From the NCBI GenBank assembly GCA_032128875.1, contig JAVLKG010000002.1:864001-928000 (forward strand): a DNA stretch of 64,000 bases, given 5' to 3'. This document shows positions 1 to 7,651 of the stretch, piece after piece. The DNA comes from Candidatus Melainabacteria bacterium 17Bon1m (lineage in GTDB: Bacteria > Cyanobacteriota > Vampirovibrionia > Obscuribacterales > Obscuribacteraceae). A model generated the notes under the pieces. The model worked only from the letters and a program-made list of their open reading frames with translations. It ran no database searches and was not told where the DNA came from. Each line of letters starts with the position of its first letter. The first letter of the stretch is position 1. The translations under genes were made by a program, and so were the position numbers.

Positions 1-399
1 TCCGCGATTATCGACCGGCAGACAGAGGGCTGGGGGATCAAGGTCAATTCAGTAGAAGTGAAGGACGTGGAAATTCCAGAGGGGATGCAGCGCGCAATGG
101 CTCGGCAGGCGGAAGCCGAAAGAGAAAGACGAGCCAAGGTTGTCGCTGCTGAGGGTGAACACCAGGCTGCGGAAAAACTTGCGCAAGCCGCCAAGCTTAT
201 TGCTGCACAACCCGGTGCAATGCAATTGCGACAACTTCAAACAATGGTGGAAGTTTCTGCAGAGAAAAATTCCACACTTATATTTCCGATTCCCATCGAG
301 TTTATGTCCGGCATTCAAACTACTCAAAGCCAGCCGACAGATGGTGAAAGCCTTGACGTGTCCGCGGCAAATAGACAGATTGAAAACGAGCCGCGGTAA
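1..399 (+). CDS. SPFH/band-7 (stomatin/slipin) family protein, 5'-truncated by the window edge
   Basis: Frame open from base 1: [45 protein letters not shown]...AMQLRQLQT...STLIFPIP, a typical stomatin C-terminal half. Confidence 0.92.
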   Translation, partial: SAIIDRQTEGWGIKVNSVEVKDVEIPEGMQRAMARQAEAERERRAKVVAAEGEHQAAEKLAQAAKLIAAQPGAMQLRQLQTMVEVSAEKNSTLIFPIPIEFMSGIQTTQSQPTDGESLDVSAANRQIENEPR

Positions 400-444
400 G
401 ACGTTCGCTTGAGCGTACTTTTTATTGGCTGGGTAAAAAGAGGG

Positions 445-1017
445 CTATTTGTCTTTGAGAAACTCGACGAGAGTAGTTTCCTTTGGCCTCGTCATAATCC
501 ACACACAGGCCTCTGTGATTGCCTCTTTGAGCGGCGCGTCATGGGCTTCGCTGACATCTGCCTCAAATATCAGTTTGTAAGGCGCAATGTTCTCGCCGTA
601 CCAAACGAATACCTTTGGCTGATTTCCACGGCTAAAGTTAATTAGTAAGTGATCTAGGTCCTGAGGAGGTGTAACATCAAAACCTCGCTTGAACTCTGTC
701 ACCGTGTCTACTGCAAAAGGAACATCGAGTCCGGCGTTCCATTTAGCAAACAGTCCACCTTGCGAACATGCCCGACCGCGCAGAATTACTAGCCCGCAGT
801 TCGATTTTCCACCTTGTGAGTCGGAAGCGTCTTTGCGTCTGTACGAGAGCCAACCTTTCCAATCCTTTGGAATTGGGTCAGTCAGCTTTATACCTACTTC
901 TTGTTCAATTGCTTGCAGGCAAAGTTCGCATTCGTACGGTAAATCAGTAAGTCCGGCCGCGCACTCTTGCTTAGCTAAAAGTTCTGATTCTAATTCTAAT
1001 AATTTGTGATTGAACAT
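445..1017 (-). CDS. Hypothetical protein (190 aa)
   Basis: Longest ORF in the interval, co-oriented and 43 bp downstream of the TauE gene; no family recognised. Confidence 0.65.
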   Translation of the reverse strand: MFNHKLLELESELLAKQECAAGLTDLPYECELCLQAIEQEVGIKLTDPIPKDWKGWLSYRRKDASDSQGGKSNCGLVILRGRACSQGGLFAKWNAGLDVPFAVDTVTEFKRGFDVTPPQDLDHLLINFSRGNQPKVFVWYGENIAPYKLIFEADVSEAHDAPLKEAITEACVWIMTRPKETTLVEFLKDK

Positions 1018-1060
1018 TCTTTCTTCGACTGCCTGTGCGCCTGCGATCTATATGCCCAAC

Positions 1061-1897
1061 TTAGAACGGTGTGGCAGGCAGCAACTCGCGCATCGCCAAA
1101 ACAACTGACATTATTAGCATTATCACTCCAAAGCCGCGCCGCAGAAATGAGTCCTTCAGCTTGAGTGCTAGAGCGCTTCCTAGAAGAGAGCCAGGAATTG
1201 AGCCTGCGATCATCAGCAAAGCAAGTGTCAGGTTTACATGCATAAGAGCAAAGTGCGATAGTGTGCCTGGAATGGAAACAGCTGCAATAACGATAAGTGA
1301 TGTTCCAAAAGCTGCTTTGACGCTGAAACGATAGAAATAGAGCAGGCAAGGGACCATTAGAAATCCACCGCCCACTCCGAAGAAACCTGCAAACAGCCCG
1401 GCCGCCAGTCCGACTGCGAATGGACCGATGCCTTTAGCCGGCACCGGCTCGGAATTGGGCTTCGCAGCAGCATCCCCGCCTTCCTTTTCGCGAGACTCTT
1501 TCTCTCTTTGTCTTTTTAGATTCTCACCAATTGAAAACGAAAGGTCGATGCCTGCAATACACACAAGCAGTGCAAATAGCAGCATTAGAATCTGCCCTTC
1601 CACCCATTGAGTGGCGGCGGCACCGGCTATGGTGCCTAGAACCGCAGTTGGTGCTAATTTGGCCGCCATATCTCGGTCGAACTGTTTTCTTTTGATGTAG
1701 TTAAGCGCGCCCGCTACGGATGTGGGAATAATCAGCGCCATTGTGGTTCCGACTGCCACATGCGGGTCTATGTCGAGAAACATGCGCACCAGAGGTGTGC
1801 AGAGGATGCCGCCTCCTACGCCGAAACAACCCGACATTAGTCCGGTTAAAAAACCAATGACGACAGCTTTTGCAATGAAAGCGAGTTCTACGATCAC
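1061..1897 (-). CDS. Sulfite exporter TauE/SafE family membrane protein
   Basis: Duplicated G-x-FGVGGG motif (SGCFGVGGG, AGFFGVGGG), AVGTT/AFGTSL, about 8 TM helices. Confidence 0.92.
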   Translation of the reverse strand: MIVELAFIAKAVVIGFLTGLMSGCFGVGGGILCTPLVRMFLDIDPHVAVGTTMALIIPTSVAGALNYIKRKQFDRDMAAKLAPTAVLGTIAGAAATQWVEGQILMLLFALLVCIAGIDLSFSIGENLKRQREKESREKEGGDAAAKPNSEPVPAKGIGPFAVGLAAGLFAGFFGVGGGFLMVPCLLYFYRFSVKAAFGTSLIVIAAVSIPGTLSHFALMHVNLTLALLMIAGSIPGSLLGSALALKLKDSFLRRGFGVIMLIMSVVLAMRELLPATPF

Positions 1898-2442
1898 ATG
1901 TAAGTCGAGAGCAATTTCCCTAAATCAGGATTCTCGCCTATCATGCGGTGAAACATCGGATTGCGAGCCAAAAGTTTGGAAATCTTACGGTCTCTTTTGA
2001 CCGCACGGTAGATCCCTTCAGGGTCACGTGCGATAACTTTGTCGCACTGCGGGTTGAGCGCAAGCCTGCGGGCAACGTCTTTCCATCGTGTCAGCCGTCT
2101 GCACAGATAGTGATCCGCTTCGGCAATTTCTCCAAGGCGCGGATGTTTAGCCAAAAGCATTGCGGCCGCGTGAAAATCGGTGATTGACTCAATCAAATCC
2201 GGGTTGGACATTGCAGCACGATCGAGCCAGTGATATTTAGCCATTGCAATGGCTGCGCTTCTGTCTCTTCTGATTCGATTTGGTCTGATTGACTTTGCCG
2301 AATTGTTTGTTGCTAGGCCCGGACGCAGTTGCGTATTCGGGTCATTAGACGAAACGTCTGCAAAAGAAGCTGAAGCGCAGGCAAAAAGGACAGGCGTGAC
2401 TAGCGATATTGCCTTAAAAAACGACGATCTGCTGTAAATCAT
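1894..2442 (-). CDS. Exported hypothetical protein with ~30-aa helical repeats
   Basis: Signal peptide ending ASFA; repeated LA-x-[HN]P motif; 4-bp overlap with the TauE start; GAGG upstream. Confidence 0.8.
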   Translation of the reverse strand: MIYSRSSFFKAISLVTPVLFACASASFADVSSNDPNTQLRPGLATNNSAKSIRPNRIRRDRSAAIAMAKYHWLDRAAMSNPDLIESITDFHAAAMLLAKHPRLGEIAEADHYLCRRLTRWKDVARRLALNPQCDKVIARDPEGIYRAVKRDRKISKLLARNPMFHRMIGENPDLGKLLSTYM

Positions 2443-2733
2443 CTCAACCTCAAGGGGTTTTTAGAATCCGACTTACTGACCGGTTGAGGCAAGTAAGCCA
2501 TCAATATTTTAACCATTTGTCGACCTATAGGGGATAGTAATTTGGCTCTAAATCACGCGCAGATCTGCGCTTCGACCCTTCAAAGCCCCCGCTGCGGGCA
2601 CCTTTGGGTACAATACCTTAGGGAAGGATCTTGCAAAACTAGAATTTATGAGACTTTCCGTTGCGCGTAATTGCTAGCAAAGCATATGCAACAGGCATCC
2701 CCAGCTCATTTGACCCTCAGGAGACCGGCAGCG

Positions 2734-4557
2734 GTGAGTACGGTGAGCAACCAGGGACCTACAGGCAGTCAGCCTGAGAAGGTCGAAAACAAGGGACAAC
2801 CGGAGGTCGCCCGAGATAAGCCGGACGATGGGCTTTCGCTTGGGGATATGGTCGCTCGTGGTGATCGTTTGCAGGCTGCCCAACAAGGTCAAATAAGGGA
2901 CCATGGTATTACCGAAGAGCAAAAACTTGAACAGCTGAATAACCAGCTTACTCCTCATATTTCAGGCAAACCGGGCAGGGGGGCACTTTCCCGGGGCTTG
3001 GGGCTGTCTGAGGAATTAGGGCGGGAGCTTTCTCGAGAGGCTGGTTCGCAGCCATACAGGGACAGAGTTTTGAAGGGCGAGACAAATTTGCCTGTGCGCG
3101 AGTTTACGTGGTCAAATCAGCGCCAGATGGACCAGTCTGCCAATGCAGGGCTCGGTATACCGCTGGGTTTAAAACAGTTTTTCCAGTTGCGAAAGTCGGA
3201 ATATCAAACTCCGCCTGAAAAATCGGACTCGCAGACAAATGTCAAGGTTGAGAATTTTTTGAACCAAACTCCTGTTAAGGATAACGATAAACGCTCACCG
3301 GCTGAAGAGAAGGAGCTGGAGCAGTCTAGAGAAGCTTTGAAGTCCGCCGTCAGCCCCGAAGACACACTATCAAAAGCGCTTCATCTAGCAAGGCTTTATC
3401 AGCATTTGCGCTATATTGATGAGGCTAAAAAAGCCACTGAATTAGCTCTGGGAATTGATCCCGACAATATGGTGGCACGACAAATGTTCAAGGAACTAGA
3501 ACGGATGCATCCAGTAGATATAGGCGTCGCCACACTTCCAATCACTGTGCCAAATGCTGTGACTAAGTCGGCATTGCGCAAGCGAATTCTCGGACTTTCT
3601 GGCGGTAAAGTTGCTGTCGTCGGTGATCTGCTTATCGACGAATTGATGGAAGGTAAGCCTGAGAGAATTTCGCGCGAAGCTCCAGTTCTGATTCTCGAGC
3701 ATGTCGATACCGTTCATATTCCAGGTGGTGCAGCCAACACGGCGAGCAACGTTGTTGCGCTCGGTGGTGAGTGCATGGCGGTTGGAGTATGCGGAGCCGA
3801 TGAGTATTGCGAGAAATTGTCGAATATGCTCGACAGATATCGCATTCGACACAGTTTGGTAAAAGACATAACCAGACCCACGACAGTAAAGACAAGAATT
3901 TTGTCCAAGTCGCATTCATTGATGCAGCAGCTTCTGCGCCTTGATCGAATCTCTCACAATCCGATTAGCTCGATTATCGAAAAGATATTGATTCAACAAA
4001 TTGAAGAAGCTGTTGTCGGATATAAGGCTGTCATTCTTTCGGATTACAAAGCTGGCGTCATCACCGATGGTGTCATCAAGTCATTGCGTGCTTATGCTGA
4101 AAGAGAAAAGGTTTTGCTTATAGTTGATGCTCAGGGGGATTTCACTCGCTTCCAGGGTGCCACGTTGTTGACTCCCAATCAGCCTGACACAGAGGGCTTC
4201 TTAGGCTATCGCATTGATTCCGATTCGGTTGAAAAGGCGGGCAAAGAAATGCTCGAAAAAACTGGAGCTGAAGCTGTTTTGATAACTCGCGGTGCAGAAG
4301 GCATGGCGCTTTTCGAAAGAGGCAAGCAATATGCTGAAATGCCTGTATTCAATCGCAGCGATGTATTTGATGTGACTGGTGCGGGTGATACCGTAGTTGC
4401 CACTATGGCTCTTGCTCTGGTATCCGGGGCCAGCTACGTTGAAGCCACTGCCCTGGGCAATCTTGCTGCAGGCATCGTAGTTAGAAAATCAGGAACGGCA
4501 ACGACCAACCAGAAAGAAATGCTCGAAACACTTGAGCAGCTGAATATACCTGAGTAA
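2734..4557 (+). CDS. RfaE/HldE-type heptose-7-phosphate kinase (PfkB family) with long N-terminal extension and TPR-like motif
   Basis: VVGDLLIDE...ERISREAPV, PGGAANTASN, RPTTVKTR, ILSDYKAG, TPNQ, VFDVTGAGDTV. Start placed at GTG 2734 after AGGAG; the ORF is open from 2671. Confidence 0.88.
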   Translation: MSTVSNQGPTGSQPEKVENKGQPEVARDKPDDGLSLGDMVARGDRLQAAQQGQIRDHGITEEQKLEQLNNQLTPHISGKPGRGALSRGLGLSEELGRELSREAGSQPYRDRVLKGETNLPVREFTWSNQRQMDQSANAGLGIPLGLKQFFQLRKSEYQTPPEKSDSQTNVKVENFLNQTPVKDNDKRSPAEEKELEQSREALKSAVSPEDTLSKALHLARLYQHLRYIDEAKKATELALGIDPDNMVARQMFKELERMHPVDIGVATLPITVPNAVTKSALRKRILGLSGGKVAVVGDLLIDELMEGKPERISREAPVLILEHVDTVHIPGGAANTASNVVALGGECMAVGVCGADEYCEKLSNMLDRYRIRHSLVKDITRPTTVKTRILSKSHSLMQQLLRLDRISHNPISSIIEKILIQQIEEAVVGYKAVILSDYKAGVITDGVIKSLRAYAEREKVLLIVDAQGDFTRFQGATLLTPNQPDTEGFLGYRIDSDSVEKAGKEMLEKTGAEAVLITRGAEGMALFERGKQYAEMPVFNRSDVFDVTGAGDTVVATMALALVSGASYVEATALGNLAAGIVVRKSGTATTNQKEMLETLEQLNIPE

Positions 4558-4566
4558 GACTGAGAA

Positions 4567-4636
4567 AAACGTCGAAACGTCGAAACGTCGAAACGAAGAT
4601 ACAGAGAATCATAGAAACGTAGAAACGTAGAAACGT
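4567..4636. repeat. Two short arrays of an 8-bp tandem repeat GAAACGT(C/A)
   Basis: (AAACGTCG)x3 at 4567-4590 and (TAGAAACG)x3 at 4612-4635, between convergent genes. Confidence 0.85.
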
Positions 4637-4678
4637 GGAACTGCCGGCGAGCTAAGAGTTCGTGGGGACGAAAACAGG

Positions 4679-5071
4679 CTACGCCAGCGAGCTCTTCACT
4701 ATTTGAGCAAATAACGGGAATTGTCCGTGTTTTGGTTGCAGGTTCAGAGATTCAAGAACGCTTGCGCGCATTTCTTCCGGCAAACCACTGAGCTTTAGTT
4801 GGAAGTGACTGACGAGTTCTTCTTGGGCTTTCAAGAAAGATTCATCGATTGCACATGCCGACAATTCGTTGTGGCTGACGTTCATGATTTCTGTTGCTTG
4901 CATTACTGAGTGAAGCTCCGGATTTTTGTGGCTGATGGAAAACGAGTCGTTTTGCTCGATAGGTTTCGATTCACCTAATGAATAGCTTTGCAAACCTTCG
5001 GCTTGGTCTTGCGCGAAATCCTCAACGGTCTCGAAATCATTTGAATTAGTAACGTTCTCGAAAGGTGGCAT
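4679..5071 (-). CDS. Hypothetical acidic protein (130 aa)
   Basis: ATG with GGAG upstream; fills the gap without overlap. Confidence 0.6.
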   Translation of the reverse strand: MPPFENVTNSNDFETVEDFAQDQAEGLQSYSLGESKPIEQNDSFSISHKNPELHSVMQATEIMNVSHNELSACAIDESFLKAQEELVSHFQLKLSGLPEEMRASVLESLNLQPKHGQFPLFAQIVKSSLA

Positions 5072-5209
5072 GTTCGACTCCGAGGTTTGTGGTTCGCGTG
5101 TTTGTGTCTATCTGTTTGCCGACACTTTTGGACAAGGGTCTTCGTATTTCCCGCAGTATGATTTAATTGCTCAAACGCCCGTGTCCGAATCCGCCAAGAG
5201 GTATATACA

Positions 5210-5725
5210 GTGGCTCTCCTGCCGCGCGCTCGCGCCAATTTCATCGACTTTACCGCCATAGCCTTGCTTTGCGCCGCCGGACTTGGTTTCGGTCTTGCGA
5301 AAGCCGGTCACGCTGGAGTTAATCAGGTGATCACAGGTACACCTGATGTAGAGATAGACGTATATATCACTGGATTAAAAACCAAGGATCTCAACCTGTT
5401 TAAGGTGGGAGAACCCTCAGCGATCACTATCCGCAACCAGCCAGTCAAACCGCCGATGACAATCACAAAGGTAGAGCACACACCAAAACAAGTTGCTTTT
5501 CTTGCTCAGGACGGAAAGAAAGCCGTTTCATTCGACGATCCAGCCAACCCAATCGCTCACGATTTCACCGTTACTGTAAAAGACAAGGCTGAAGAAACCG
5601 ACGATGGATATGTGATTCGCGGAAACAAGATTAAGGTCGGTAATCAGATTGAGCTTGAATGGAAGAAATATAGAGTGCAAGGCGTTGTTGTAGACGTTCG
5701 TCCGATCGCTCCAGCTGCGAAGTAA
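5210..5725 (+). CDS. DUF4330 family protein
   Basis: N-terminal NFID + TM anchor; AITIRNQP; C-terminal GNKIKVGNQIELE...YRVQGVVVDV; AGAGG RBS. Confidence 0.75.
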   Translation: MALLPRARANFIDFTAIALLCAAGLGFGLAKAGHAGVNQVITGTPDVEIDVYITGLKTKDLNLFKVGEPSAITIRNQPVKPPMTITKVEHTPKQVAFLAQDGKKAVSFDDPANPIAHDFTVTVKDKAEETDDGYVIRGNKIKVGNQIELEWKKYRVQGVVVDVRPIAPAAK

Positions 5726-5733
5726 TTTCATCG

Positions 5734-7170
5734 ATGCAACACGTTCTTGATTCCATTTCTTGCGCGCTTTCTCTTGAGCCGCAAGACAGTAAATTGAGAA
5801 AGGCTCTTCAGGAGTCGTTTCTCGCCAATTTAATTGCGATGCCGTTTCGGCTTGCTGCTCAAACGTTTTCTAAAGTGGCAAACATGGCCAAGGTCGGAAG
5901 CTTGCTTCAATTGTTGGCTTTCGTTTTCACAGCCGTGATGATTTTTAGCCTCTGGTTGCCGATGTTTGCGTCTGACAAAGAGACTCTGGCATACATATCA
6001 CTCGGCTCGCTAATTCTATATATAGGTGGAAGTCTGCTGGGCGGAAAAGAAAAACGGCAAGCCTCCGCTGTAGATGCACTTGTAGTGCTATTTCTCGGGA
6101 TCAATCTGGTAGCTGCCTGTGCTTCAAGGTATTTCAGCGAAAGTTTGCCCGGTCTGGCGAAGCTAGTTATCTATGTCTCCAGCTACTTCTTATTTTCTGC
6201 CGTAGCGAATACTCCCCGTCGCCGATTGATCTTGATGTGTGCTGCAGTGGCTGGCGGTCTTGTTGCTGCGACCTACGGACTTTACCAATACAAAATAGGC
6301 GTTGCTCCGTTGGCCACATGGGAAGATCCTTCGGTCGAATCGCAAGCGACACGAATCTACTCGACTCTGGGAAACCCGAATTTGCTGGCTGGTTACTTGA
6401 TTCCGTTGGTTGCGGTTTCGTCGGCCATGTTCATCGGGGCAATTGAGAGCAAAAGGTGGCTGTTCGCTCTTTTGGCGGGACCTTCAGCCCTAATTCTCAT
6501 TGCAGCTACTGTGTTGACCGGCAGTAGAGGTGGATTTATGGGAATAGCTGCCGCACTTGCAGCCTTATTCCTGCTCTCGGCCGGATGGTGTTGGGCCAAA
6601 TATCCAAAAGCTCGCCCGGCAATTGTTGTTTTGGCAATCGCATTGCCGGTAATTGCTGTTGCCTGCGTCTTTCTTGTGCCTAGTATGCAGCAACGAGTCC
6701 TTTCGATATTTGCCGGCTGGCAGCATTCATCAAATGCTTTCCGCTTGCATGTTTATCAATCTTCGCTTGAGATGTTCAAAGACAACTGGTGGATCGGAGT
6801 CGGTCCCGGCAATAAAGCTTTTCGCCTCGCTTACGGTCTATATATGAATAGTCGATTTGACGCTTTGGGCACTTATTGTGTCCCGCTCGAGATCGCCGTC
6901 GAAGCCGGAATTTTCGCGCTTATTGTATTTGCTGCATTTTTTGTCTCTCTTCTTGGACGAGCTCATATTGCCTTCTACAGTCGAACCATCGGCTGGGAGC
7001 GCTGGCTTTGCGCCGGAATGGCTGCTGCTCTTTTCGGAATAGCAATGATGGGTATGGTCGACACCGTCTTTTATAGACCCCAGGTCCACTTCATCTTCTG
7101 GCTGCTTGCTGGATGCCTTGTCTCCGCCGCCCTCCAGGCCCGTTCTCGCGACAATCAGGCAATTTCATAA
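5734..7170 (+). CDS. ictB: IctB family / O-antigen ligase-like membrane protein
   Basis: APLATWEDP, TRIYSTLGNPNLLAGYL, LTGSRGG, SSNAFR, IGVGPGNKAF, DTVFYRPQV match cyanobacterial IctB motifs. Confidence 0.85.
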   Translation: MQHVLDSISCALSLEPQDSKLRKALQESFLANLIAMPFRLAAQTFSKVANMAKVGSLLQLLAFVFTAVMIFSLWLPMFASDKETLAYISLGSLILYIGGSLLGGKEKRQASAVDALVVLFLGINLVAACASRYFSESLPGLAKLVIYVSSYFLFSAVANTPRRRLILMCAAVAGGLVAATYGLYQYKIGVAPLATWEDPSVESQATRIYSTLGNPNLLAGYLIPLVAVSSAMFIGAIESKRWLFALLAGPSALILIAATVLTGSRGGFMGIAAALAALFLLSAGWCWAKYPKARPAIVVLAIALPVIAVACVFLVPSMQQRVLSIFAGWQHSSNAFRLHVYQSSLEMFKDNWWIGVGPGNKAFRLAYGLYMNSRFDALGTYCVPLEIAVEAGIFALIVFAAFFVSLLGRAHIAFYSRTIGWERWLCAGMAAALFGIAMMGMVDTVFYRPQVHFIFWLLAGCLVSAALQARSRDNQAIS

Positions 7171-7176
7171 CGGTTT

Positions 7177-7206
7177 AGAAGGTTAACGGTTATCGATTAA
7201 CCTTCT
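7177..7206. other. Perfect 10-bp inverted repeat after ictB (hairpin or operator)
   Basis: AGAAGGTTAA-N10-TTAACCTTCT; AT-rich, no U-tract. Confidence 0.5.
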
Positions 7207-7497
7207 GAGATTGAATGGGTAGACAAGCAGATTAGCCTCGGTTAATCCAATTCCGGGTACATCTATATATAGGCGAGCGGGTTGACTTGATATCGTTAGA
7301 TACAAAACAGCCAGATGAAGCCTGAAGATTAAATCCTAAGAAAAATTCATTAAGCAGCGCTTATTTTATATTGTTTCTTGACCTCAAGGGTAAGAAATAT
7401 GAGGTAGCGCTAATGTACCTGTGTCCAGTTCCCGGTCTTTGCTAGTTACGCAAAACACCAGCTAATGATTCGGTGAGCCCTGTAAAGAGACGAAACC

Positions 7498-7526
7498 TTG
7501 ACAGCCTAGCAACATTAACGGACAAT
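7498..7526 (+). promoter_or_regulatory. Putative sigma70 promoter of the Tad-like gene
   Basis: TTGACA (7498-7503), 17-bp spacer, GACAAT (7521-7526). Confidence 0.55.
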
Positions 7527-7651
7527 AATGAATAGGATTTTACTATTTCGCCAGGGTCAGTCGAAACCCCAACAATCCAAAAATCGGCTGGTCCAACTAA
7601 AAAACACTTACCGGCTATGCTGCCGGTCCTTCTTCGGAGGAGAACAAAGCA

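Noticed and set aside
7455-7500. Hammerhead-like words (CTAATGA...GTGAG...CGAAAC)
   Set aside because: Core CUGANGA is not intact and stem II does not pair
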